Of a stretch of DNA of 34,963 nucleotides, positions 22,980 through 32,077 are shown in pieces. The stretch is from Ascoidea asiatica JCM 7603 (lineage: Eukaryota; Fungi; Ascomycota), in the NCBI GenBank assembly GCA_001600695.1, contig BCKQ01000007.1, positions 530,625-565,587 of the forward strand. Direction: 5' to 3'. The notes below the pieces were generated by a model. It did not search any database. It was not told the origin of the DNA and saw nothing but the letters and a program-made list of their open reading frames with translations. The translations under genes were made by a program, and so were the position numbers. Each line of letters starts with the position of its first letter. The first letter of the stretch is position 1.

Positions 22980-25900
22980 TTAGTATTGTGAATCACTATT
23001 GAGTTTTTTTTTTTGTTTTGGCAGCGAATAAACAGGTTGAAAAGATATATCACTTAAATTGGGAGGAGAAATTTTACCTTGAGAAGAATGAACCGTTGAA
23101 ACTTTTTCATGATCATATAGCTGAAAATCTGATTGATCTTTAGATATATTAGAATGTATTTTTTCCTTTTGTTTAAGATGTCGGGGATGAATGGGCTCAG
23201 AAGAAAGTTTTCTTAAATCCTCCTCCACATTTGAATATGAAGGTTTTTCAGCTGAAGAAAAAACTAAGGCAGAATCTTTCCATAAAATTTCCTTAATTGA
23301 TTTTTTTGCTTCTTCTCTATTTATTTTCTTTGTTTCTTCAGTAATTTCGGTTTCATCTTTGTAACTTATATGGACACTTATATCAGTTAAATCAGGCTGA
23401 TAAGCTCCATTCAAAAATTCATCCTCACTATCTAATACAAATAAATTTGACTCTTCATTTGTTTTGCTAGATAAATCTTCATCTCTAATTTGCGTTGCCC
23501 TTTTTCTTTTAGCAGCTGCAATAAATGCATTTCGAAGATCATTCTCATTGTAATGTTCGTTAAGTTCAATGACTGTATTTTCCATATTAGGCAACTTATT
23601 ATTGACCATATTATTTGAAACTCTATCAAAATTTTTATCAGTGAAATCAAACTTGTCATTATCATTATCACTATCAAGAATTTCAATTGCTTCATTTTTT
23701 TGTTTATCTATATTAACAGTGTCTCTAATTATTTCAGGTACAAATTTTTTTACAACTGTCAGGGGTTCTCGTGCAGGTATCCCTTTTGGAGAAAATAGGC
23801 TTTCAAGATCATCTTCACTTTCACTATCTTCAATTTCTATTGGAGAATTTATCCTCTCAAGATGACTACTACTTTTATTGTTTATACTCTTTTCGTAATT
23901 GTCAGCATCTATTATTAGACAATCATCACTAGAAGAGTTGTTTTCTGTCAAGTTATTTTCTTTTTTATCAGCAGTAATCAAAAGCTGCTTATTATCAAGA
24001 GTCTCCGACTTTTTAGGCTCTATTTCTTTCACATTTGAAGTATCTGATTTTTTGTGTTTTCCAATACTTGAAAAATATGATTGACTTTTTTTCCTCTTTC
24101 TTTCTAACATATTTAGTTTTTGAGAATCCTCTATTAAATTATTCACCCATTGGTCTTTAATTTTTTGGATTCTTTCATAGAAATTTTTTCTAGGAAATCT
24201 TTGTGAGAGTCTTTCAATAAAACGAGATTTCTTCAAGACTTCAATCACACTGGAAATACCTGTTTGATCTAATATTGCTTTAGTCATTAATTTGAAATTT
24301 CCGAGCTTTTCTAGACATTTATCAAATAAAATTAATTCTTTTTTACTGATTGTCTTCAAGTTGATAAATCCTTGAATTTGCTTTTTTGCATATTGAACTC
24401 TTCGAATTCTATTGATTGAATCTTCAGATCTATTATTTTTTCGATTCCTTGTTAAATTATTTCTTTTATTACCCAGTTCCACTAATCTGCTTTCTTTGCT
24501 TTCAGAAACATTAAGAAGATCATCCCGACTTTTAACCTCCATTATATCTTCATCAGAAAAATCAGAATAGCTATTATAATCACTATCAACACGAGAATTG
24601 GTTTTCTTTTTCCAAATAGAGTTAAAATCAGTGTCAGATGAATTTTTTCTTTTCTTTCTAGGCTCAAAGGACTCGTCAGAATCGTTCAACAAGTCTCTTT
24701 TATTTATACCATTGGCATTGTTCATCGCAATCAATTTGTTTAAGGAAACATCAGATATATTTGCATCAGAATCTATTCCCTGATTTTCAGCTAGAGCATC
24801 GCTACTATTAATAAATAACGAATCAAGAGAAGATGATGAAATCTCACTTCCAAATTCATCATATTTTCTTTTTCCTTTACGTTTTTTTCCAAAACAAGAA
24901 TTTTTATTTGTTCTTCTATTAGCCAATCGAGAAGTTCTTGTCAACATTTCAGCTTTATTTCTTCTCTTGGAAGTATTAATCTCTTCAATAGGCTCAAAGG
25001 ATGATTCTGAACTCGAGTTTGAATCTGAGACTTCAAATATTTCGGTGGACATGTTTAAATTTCTGTGAATACTTCTTGGCCTACCAACTTTACCTTTCCT
25101 TCGAAAAGGTGTATTTGTAAAAATTGTTTTTGTTTTTTTCGGTCTTCCACGAGGACGCTTTTTTTGGGTTTTAATTATATTTTCTAAGGAATCAGAAAAA
25201 TCGTCATCGGATATTGATATTGCTTTACTACCTACACTCAAATTATCACTATCAGTTTCACTACCAGAAATATCTATAACAGAGTTGTCTTGACTTTCAT
25301 TAGATTTTAAATTTTCCTCAACTTTTGAGGAAATTTTTGCTTTATTATGTGTATTTGGTTCACTATTAAATTCAGAGCTAGAATCTGAGCCAAAATAATT
25401 TTGAAGATACGAAGAAGACAACATAGAATCTTCTTTTGCTTGGAATTCTCTCATTTTATTGTCTTGATCTTTTAGCTTTTTATTCTCAATTATAGAAGGG
25501 CCTTTATTATAAGGACTAATTGAATCTAAATCCGCTGAGACATTATTATTGAGTAAGATTTTTGAAGGATCAATAGTACCAGGAATATTTAGGGGTTCAG
25601 GTATATTTGAAGTTTCTTCTAGGTTTCCATTAGTCAGATTATTGGAATCATTATTTGAATTTTCTGGAGGATCTAATTCTAATCTGAAATTTTCATCAGA
25701 TTTTAAAGGACCATTAAAAAGATTATTTATAGCCGAAATTCTACCTACCTCTAAATTTAAAAAATTATTTAAATCTCTCCAATTTTTTAATTGACATTTT
25801 TCTAAAAAGAACTTAGCATAGTCAACTGAAGTCCATTTTCCTTTTAAAAAATCATTGTTGAGATAAAAAAACTTATTCTTTTTATCAGTCACAATATATT

Positions 25901-27245
25901 CTTTTGTAATATCTACAGTCAACAAATCTCTTATATAAAGTTCTTCTTCTATTGACCAAAGTTTTGCATTTTGCATTCTTTTATAGGACAAATAACCAGA
26001 AATGATTGAAGACATGTTAACAAAGCCATCAGAAAATCTTCTATATATTAAAAATGGTTGAGGTAATTCAGAATTCAAATGGTTTGGAAAAGAAACTTTA
26101 AAACTACACCCAAGAATTTCACAAATATCAACTTTCATTTTTTCTTGATCATTTAAAATTCCTCCTATAGCGGAAATCTTAAAACTTTCAGGAAAATCTT
26201 GATAAGAAAAAGCAACATTTTTTGAATTACTTGAATTATTATCCAAGGAATTATCAATCTTGTTAATAGTATTTCTGTTTTCTACATTTTGATCATTTTG
26301 ATTATTATTTTCAGAAGAAATTGTAAAATTTTGTATTTCCCTATATTCCCATATATTTAAGGGAGCTTCGGTTCTTAATTGATTTAGATTATCACCAGAA
26401 GTATCAAATTCTAATAATGGTTTTAAAAAAACACCAATATGAAATTTTTTACAATAATCAATTCCAGAGGAAAGTTCAATATAATGTCCATGATAAACTT
26501 TATGATTTTCAATATTTTGAATTATATTAAAAGATTGAACAATTGATGATCTTTCTTTTTCTAAATTTGATAAAAAAGATTTATCATCAGCTTCATTATA
26601 AGAAAAATTGGAAAGATTTTGTAAGTGATCATTATCATCATAAAACTTATCAAAAATAATCTTTGCTTGAAACAAATGATCAAGATTAATTAAATTTCTT
26701 TCGTAAGTTCTTAGAATTCTCAAAGTAGTATTTTTTTCAAAATGTATGAAAGATTCCAAAAACACATTTTCATCATAAGAAACTTTTGCAACACGATTAA
26801 AAGATAATATTGGGGATAATAATTGATCTAAGTTATAATATTTTGCAAATTTATTTGCAACAAATAATGGAACCCAAATACCTTGAAATAATCTTGAAAT
26901 AGATGAATTAACTTGTAATAAGAGATTTTGATTATATTCAAAAATTAAATTTGGAGGTATTCTTTTAATATTTTCATTTAAACTTTCAATAGTCGAGTTT
27001 GAATTTTGTAATTTAGATCCAATTGATACTAAAGTGTGAATTGAACTAAGATTAATCCAACCACCAATTTTTTTTCTAAGAATTTGAACAGGTCTTTTTG
27101 AGCCCGGTAATTTTGTTTTATATATATAAAATTCCTCTTTTTCGAAAACTATTGAATCTAAAGATTTATAGCTAGTTATTTCAGGTTCTGCAAGCAGACC
27201 ATTTGAATCATCGAAATCTAAAGAAGGAATAAACATAGAATTCAT
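22980..27245 (-). CDS. Large nuclear protein (1421 aa from first ATG): 3 tandem KilA-N/APSES domains, AT-hooks, TFIIS-N/IBD-like domain, multiple SIM-like motifs
   Basis: Open frame of over 4.2 kb; first in-frame ATG at 27245 (the track's 27302 start is not ATG). Three blocks follow the Mbp1/Swi4 pattern (I)MxRxxDxW(V/I)N...(Y/F)QGxW(V/I)PxxxAxxxAxxxxxxxxLxP(L/I)xxF. AT-hook RPRGRPKK. The true 3' end is uncertain (see findings). Confidence 0.85.
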   Translation of the reverse strand: MNSMFIPSLDFDDSNGLLAEPEITSYKSLDSIVFEKEEFYIYKTKLPGSKRPVQILRKKIGGWINLSSIHTLVSIGSKLQNSNSTIESLNENIKRIPPNLIFEYNQNLLLQVNSSISRLFQGIWVPLFVANKFAKYYNLDQLLSPILSFNRVAKVSYDENVFLESFIHFEKNTTLRILRTYERNLINLDHLFQAKIIFDKFYDDNDHLQNLSNFSYNEADDKSFLSNLEKERSSIVQSFNIIQNIENHKVYHGHYIELSSGIDYCKKFHIGVFLKPLLEFDTSGDNLNQLRTEAPLNIWEYREIQNFTISSENNNQNDQNVENRNTINKIDNSLDNNSSNSKNVAFSYQDFPESFKISAIGGILNDQEKMKVDICEILGCSFKVSFPNHLNSELPQPFLIYRRFSDGFVNMSSIISGYLSYKRMQNAKLWSIEEELYIRDLLTVDITKEYIVTDKKNKFFYLNNDFLKGKWTSVDYAKFFLEKCQLKNWRDLNNFLNLEVGRISAINNLFNGPLKSDENFRLELDPPENSNNDSNNLTNGNLEETSNIPEPLNIPGTIDPSKILLNNNVSADLDSISPYNKGPSIIENKKLKDQDNKMREFQAKEDSMLSSSYLQNYFGSDSSSEFNSEPNTHNKAKISSKVEENLKSNESQDNSVIDISGSETDSDNLSVGSKAISISDDDFSDSLENIIKTQKKRPRGRPKKTKTIFTNTPFRRKGKVGRPRSIHRNLNMSTEIFEVSDSNSSSESSFEPIEEINTSKRRNKAEMLTRTSRLANRRTNKNSCFGKKRKGKRKYDEFGSEISSSSLDSLFINSSDALAENQGIDSDANISDVSLNKLIAMNNANGINKRDLLNDSDESFEPRKKRKNSSDTDFNSIWKKKTNSRVDSDYNSYSDFSDEDIMEVKSRDDLLNVSESKESRLVELGNKRNNLTRNRKNNRSEDSINRIRRVQYAKKQIQGFINLKTISKKELILFDKCLEKLGNFKLMTKAILDQTGISSVIEVLKKSRFIERLSQRFPRKNFYERIQKIKDQWVNNLIEDSQKLNMLERKRKKSQSYFSSIGKHKKSDTSNVKEIEPKKSETLDNKQLLITADKKENNLTENNSSSDDCLIIDADNYEKSINNKSSSHLERINSPIEIEDSESEDDLESLFSPKGIPAREPLTVVKKFVPEIIRDTVNIDKQKNEAIEILDSDNDNDKFDFTDKNFDRVSNNMVNNKLPNMENTVIELNEHYNENDLRNAFIAAAKRKRATQIRDEDLSSKTNEESNLFVLDSEDEFLNGAYQPDLTDISVHISYKDETEITEETKKINREEAKKSIKEILWKDSALVFSSAEKPSYSNVEEDLRKLSSEPIHPRHLKQKEKIHSNISKDQSDFQLYDHEKVSTVHSSQGKISPPNLSDISFQPVYSLPKQKKKLNSDSQY

Positions 27246-27470
27246 CTCCCGAGACTCATTGAAAGAGGACAAATTAATCCAGCTATATGAGATTCCAATC
27301 AATTATACTTTAGCAACTATTTTTTTTATTGGAAGATGATTAATTGATTGATTATTTGATTGATTTGAATAATAACAATTCTATTTTTATTCTTCTTTAA
27401 CCAATTGTACAAATCTTTTGATGTTTTGAATTGAAGAAGACTCGAAATCTCAGCGTCAATAAAAACAAAG

Positions 27471-27476
27471 ACGCGT
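27471..27476. promoter_or_regulatory. MCB element (ACGCGT) about 225 bp upstream of the KilA-N gene
   Basis: Exact ACGCGT in the divergent promoter 27246-28065. Confidence 0.45.
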
Positions 27477-28065
27477 ATAGATAACGTGTTTGATGCTCCT
27501 TATTTTTGGCTACACGCAAAACAAACGCCAAACCTTTCAATGCGCTCCAGTTCAATTTCCGCATCTCCGTGCTTTCTGATTCCTGATTTCCGTATTTTTG
27601 TCTTTGATTTGTTTTGTGTGTTGGAAACTGGAAAAAAAAACACAGAAACCAGAACAAAAAAGAAGAAGAATTAACAAAAAGAAGCAGAAGAAGCAAAAAT
27701 AAATGAATGAGATGGAGTTTTATCACTTTGGGCCACAAACAGAAGTAGGGTTTCAATGGTTTGAAATCCAAGACTATATATTCACTGACTATAAATGTTG
27801 ATCTTTTCAAAATGGAATTGATATTTTTATGGGAATTAATTTTATCTTTTTTTGATATTGAATTCCTTTATCAATTAAATAGAATTATCAATTGACCAAC
27901 ATTTATATTTATAAAAAAAAAAACTAGTTTTAAAAATATTATCATAATAGCATTTATATCTATATAGATATACAAGGTTATTTATACTTATATGAACATA
28001 TACAAAATAATAAAATCTAGCTACTTTTAACTTTAAGTTCAAATTCAAATTTAATCCTTTTCAAA

Positions 28066-28812
28066 ATGCCAATCTTTGAAGCTCCTGCTGTTTATGCAAG
28101 TAGTGCTTTAACAACTGTTAATACTTATCTTATGCAACATTTAGGTTTAAATCAATTTATTAATTTAAGAATTAATGATGCCAATATTGCTCCTTTAACT
28201 ACTTCTCCAACTGTTTTCTATATTCGTAGAGATAGATTTAATAGACATAGAGCTGTTAATGTTTTTGATTCAAATGGTAACAAAATTTATGTTTTCGAAA
28301 GAGAAAGTCCTTTGAATCCAATGTGGGCATTGAAAGATTTACCAAATAGAAAAGAAATCTCTTCAATTAGAGCCGGTTTTTTTTCAACTTCTGTTGATTT
28401 TCATACTGTACCTGATGTTCAGCACAGAGAATTAAAACAAAATTGGTCTTTAGCTAGTGGTAATCATCGTTCTTTTTATTTGGCTGATGGTTTTGAATAT
28501 CAATGGATTAAAGGTTCAAAATATCTTGAAAGAATAAGCAATAAAGGTGCAGGTGATGAAGAATTAAGAAGTAGAATTGCAAGAGTTAGATTAATGAGAC
28601 AATTTAAATTTGATTATGAATTAATATTTGATGCTCTTCAAGTTGATCCAATTGTTGCTTTATCAACTGCTTTTATTTCAATGATGGTAGATTGGGGTGT
28701 AGGTGATATAACTGAAACTAGAGGTCCATATAATTCAACAACTAATGATACTCCAATAACCAATGATACTCCAATTACTACCGATTCACCTTTAAAAGTT
28801 ACAAAAGCATAA
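28066..28812 (+). CDS. Conserved-looking uncharacterised protein, probably tubby C-terminal/LURP/scramblase-like fold, 248 aa
   Basis: Good start context (caaaATG) and biased codon usage. Beta-rich pattern (VNVFDSNGNKIYVFE, SFYLADGFEYQW, RIARV, YELIFD) followed by a terminal hydrophobic helix (DPIVALSTAFISMM). The C-terminus has an 18-bp repeat (TNDTPI, about 3 copies, 28741-28791). Confidence 0.7.
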   Translation: MPIFEAPAVYASSALTTVNTYLMQHLGLNQFINLRINDANIAPLTTSPTVFYIRRDRFNRHRAVNVFDSNGNKIYVFERESPLNPMWALKDLPNRKEISSIRAGFFSTSVDFHTVPDVQHRELKQNWSLASGNHRSFYLADGFEYQWIKGSKYLERISNKGAGDEELRSRIARVRLMRQFKFDYELIFDALQVDPIVALSTAFISMMVDWGVGDITETRGPYNSTTNDTPITNDTPITTDSPLKVTKA

Positions 28813-29015
28813 CATTTTTGAAACAATTTTGAAAACAGCTTTTTCAGAAATCTACTTAAGACAAGAAAAGGATGAATAACATAAAAGAAAAAAAATCTGC
28901 TTTTGTCGTGCTAAAATCTCGACAAAAATTCATTTAAAAAAATAAATATAAAATTATCTCCGTCTGTCTTTTTTTGTTTTATTTCCTTTTATTTCCTTTT
29001 TTTTTTCATTATTTT

Positions 29016-29540
29016 TCATGGAAGTATTATATCTAAATTGAATATTTTTCCATAAATCGAAAACCATGTAATTAATGTAGTTAATTTTAAATTTTTTAAA
29101 TCAAAAAGATTCATTACTGAAGTTGTATTACAGGGATGAATAAAAAACCATATTTCATTATTTAATAAGGAATGATTATCAATTGTAATATATTCATATT
29201 TTAATTCAATCCCATTTATATTATTTATATTAATATTTTCTTTTTTGATTAATTCATCTAAATCCCATATAACTTTAGTTTCAAGAATATCATCTTGAAA
29301 ATAATTTTTAAATCCTTTGAAATATATAACTGGAGATTGATATGAGATATGAAAAGAGATAGTAATCTCAAAATAAATTCCATATGAATTCTCTTTAGTT
29401 CTTATTAAAATAAAAGGTCTGTTGGGATTTATTTGAGAATTAACTGAAATTGAAAAAATTTTATTTTCATTCGTTTTTATTATTGATTTCATTAATGACG
29501 GTAATTGAGCATTGAAAGTATTTACATTGAAAACACTCAT
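29016..29540 (-). CDS. ATG10: Autophagy E2-like conjugating enzyme Atg10, 174 aa
   Basis: Motifs SFHISYQSPVIYF, TIDNH, catalytic WFFIHPCNT and C-terminal WFSIYG. Confidence 0.88.
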   Translation of the reverse strand: MSVFNVNTFNAQLPSLMKSIIKTNENKIFSISVNSQINPNRPFILIRTKENSYGIYFEITISFHISYQSPVIYFKGFKNYFQDDILETKVIWDLDELIKKENININNINGIELKYEYITIDNHSLLNNEIWFFIHPCNTTSVMNLFDLKNLKLTTLITWFSIYGKIFNLDIILP

Positions 29541-29775
29541 ATTGATTAATCATTTACTAAGGTTTCAAAGATCTCAAATATCATACGAGATAATCCTATC
29601 AAATTTTTCAAATTTTACTGGATCAATAAGGTCTGAATTTTAATCTTTGAATATTTTTTATAAAAAGTGAGTAAACTTTTTATATTTATTCAAACATTCA
29701 AAAAATAATATCGTATGGGGCAAGTAATTGTACCGGTGATAATAATAGTGATGAAAATAGTCAATAGTAATATAC

Positions 29776-29783
29776 CACGTGAT
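29776..29783 (-). promoter_or_regulatory. Cbf1-type E-box (ATCACGTG) in the ATG10/MRPS18 bidirectional promoter
   Basis: CACGTGAT on the plus strand within the 395-bp divergent spacer. Confidence 0.5.
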
Positions 29784-29935
29784 TTAATATATTTGCTGAA
29801 TTTAATTTCAAAAAGATTTCGTTGAAATTCATGGCTTTATTACTTTTTTTAATGGGAATTAAAAGAAGAAGAAACTACTGAAAGAGCATAAGATACTAAC
29901 AGGATATAAACCCTAGTAACATATAATAAGTAAAG

Positions 29936-30577
29936 ATGTTTAGACCTTTAGGTGGTGTAGGAGGCATTTTATCTCAATCTTTAAGAGAAAGATCTCCTTT
30001 TCAAATTTCAAGAAGTTTTACTTCGACAAATTCTGTTTTCAATATTACATCAGAATTAGAAAATTTAGCAAAACAAAATCAAACATCATCATTGGCATCT
30101 GCATTAAATAAAAATCCAAATAAACCTAGTGAAAAAGTGGTTGTATATATATTACATTGTAATTTTGGTAGAAATAATACTCATTTAACATTATCAGCTA
30201 AAGTTGAAGATGAAAATTTTTTAAAAAATAATTCAAAATTATCTTATAATAAACAAGTTTTATATTATTTACAATTACCTGAAAAGGTTAAAATTTCATT
30301 GAGTGCAGGAAATGTTGGTTTTAGAAAAGCAGCAAGAGGTGAATATGAAGCTGGTTTTCAGGTATCTGCAAGAATGTTTTCATTAATGGCACAAAAAGGT
30401 TATTTAGATAAAGACTTAGAAATTGTAATGAAAGAATTTGGAAAAGGTAGAGATGCTTTTATTGCTGCTTTACAAGGTAAAGAAGGTTTAAGTGTAAGAA
30501 ACAAAGTCAAAAGAATTAGTGATAATACTAAAATCAAATTTGGTGGTGTTAGAGCTCCAAGAGTTAGAAGATTATGA
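29936..30577 (+). CDS. MRPS18: Mitochondrial small-subunit ribosomal protein uS11m (Mrps18), 213 aa
   Basis: Presequence-like N-terminus; [41 protein letters not shown] and C-terminal [12 protein letters not shown]. Confidence 0.93.
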   Translation: MFRPLGGVGGILSQSLRERSPFQISRSFTSTNSVFNITSELENLAKQNQTSSLASALNKNPNKPSEKVVVYILHCNFGRNNTHLTLSAKVEDENFLKNNSKLSYNKQVLYYLQLPEKVKISLSAGNVGFRKAARGEYEAGFQVSARMFSLMAQKGYLDKDLEIVMKEFGKGRDAFIAALQGKEGLSVRNKVKRISDNTKIKFGGVRAPRVRRL

Positions 30578-30667
30578 ATGATAATATATTTTTTTAAATA
30601 TATTCTCTTTTCTTTTACTTATATTTATTTTCTGTTTCATTCATTTTATCATAATATTAAATTGAAT

Positions 30668-30677
30668 CTTGTATATA
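30668..30677 (+). promoter_or_regulatory. Puf3-binding element in MRPS18 3' UTR
   Basis: CTTGTATATA matches CNUGUANAUA, about 90 nt after the stop. Confidence 0.7.
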
Positions 30678-30941
30678 ATATTGTTTTTCATTCTATTGTG
30701 TTTCATTTTTTTTATATTTTTTATAATTTTTTTTGCAGCTTTAAATTAAATAAACTCATCAAAGCTAAATTATTTATTAAAGATAGTATTTTATAAGTAG
30801 ACTAAATTATACTAAAGTATATTTATATATATATAGTATATAAAAGCAGATAGATACATTTAAGTTGAAACAAAAAGCAAAGGAATATTATAAATAAATT
30901 ACAAATGAAATAAAGACAAGTAATGAAAGTTATTGAAATGA

Positions 30942-32077
30942 TTAAATTAAAGTATCACCAAATGCACATTTTGCAATAGCTATACCAGCACCAACAGTAT
31001 CAATAGCATGATATTCAGTTCTTGCTAAAGAAGGGTTAACTTCAACAATATCTAAAGAAGCTAAATTTCCAGTTTCAACAACAGCTTCAACAATAAATAA
31101 ACCTTCTCTTAAGGTTAAACCACCTCTAACAGGAGTACCAGTTGCAGGAACATAAAGTGGATCCATTGCATCAACATCATATGAAAGATGAATTGGTCTA
31201 TCATTATTTGGATTAATTTTTTTTAAAGCCATTTGAATAACATTATTAATACCAAATTTATCAATATGATACATTGAAAAAGCAGCAATATTATTTTCTT
31301 TTAAAATTTTTTTTTCAGAATCATCAACATCTCTTAAACCAATATATGCAATTCTATCTTTTTTTAAACAAGATGGTATCCATTTTAAAGAATCTGGATA
31401 TGAATTTGAATCAAGACCCATTAAAAAGGATATTGGACAACCATGTAAATTACCAGAATATGTTGTTAATGGAGTATTAATATCAGCATGAGCATCAATC
31501 CATAATAAACAAGCATCTGGAAATTTTGTGAAAAAAGCAGAAACAGTACCAATTGCAATTGAATGATCACCACCAATAGTTAAAGGAAATTGATTTAATT
31601 CAATTGAATTTAAAACAGAATTATGAATTTTTTTATTTGCATCACTAACTAAAGTAGCTTTTTTACAATTATCATTAAATTCATTTAAATCATAATTATT
31701 ATAATTTAAATCTTTTAAAGGTTCTTTTAAAGAAATATTCCAACCTAATTTTGATAATTCATTTTGAATATTTGCATTAATTAAATGTTGTGGACCATGT
31801 TCAACACCATTTTTATCTTGACCACCAGAAAATGGAGCTAATATTAAAGCAACTTCTTTTTGTTTATAAAAATTATAATGAGCTTAATTTAAGAAAAAAA
31901 AAAAATAATGTTAATAAAGTTGTAAGAAATAAATAATTTATATAAACAAAGGAAATTTATAAGTTGTTTATAGTTTATGAAATTTGTAAGACATCAATAA
32001 CATCCGTAATAGAATATATTTGAATAAGTAAGTGAAAGACTGAATAATATTTATAACATACCTGAAGAAAAAGTCAT
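30942..32077 (-). CDS. CAR1: Arginase, 318 aa; exons 32077-32062 and 31882-30942
   Basis: Spliced N-terminus MTFSS|AHYNFYKQKEVALILAPFSGGQDKNGVEHGP matches yeast Car1. Motifs GGDHSIAIG, WIDAHADINTP, SGNLHGCP, SYDVDAMDP, PATGTPVRGG and EVNP. The ORF track shows only the last 159 aa. Confidence 0.96.
31883..32061 (-). other. Spliceosomal intron of CAR1 (179 nt)
   Basis: GTATGT donor at 32061, TATTAAC branch at 31916-31910, T-tract and AAG acceptor at 31885-31883. Splicing joins the ATG exon in frame. Confidence 0.88.

Noticed and set aside
27397-27810. 137-aa minus-strand ORF in the divergent promoter
   Set aside because: Non-ATG start, low-complexity F/L runs from A-tracts, and overlap with promoter motifs.
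30578-30796. 72-aa ORF directly after MRPS18, and similar short F/I/K-rich ORFs at 17590, 19833, 20253, 21225, 22291 and 22460
   Set aside because: Composition is typical of random AT-rich UTR or intergenic DNA. The 30578 ORF overlaps the MRPS18 3' UTR Puf3 site.
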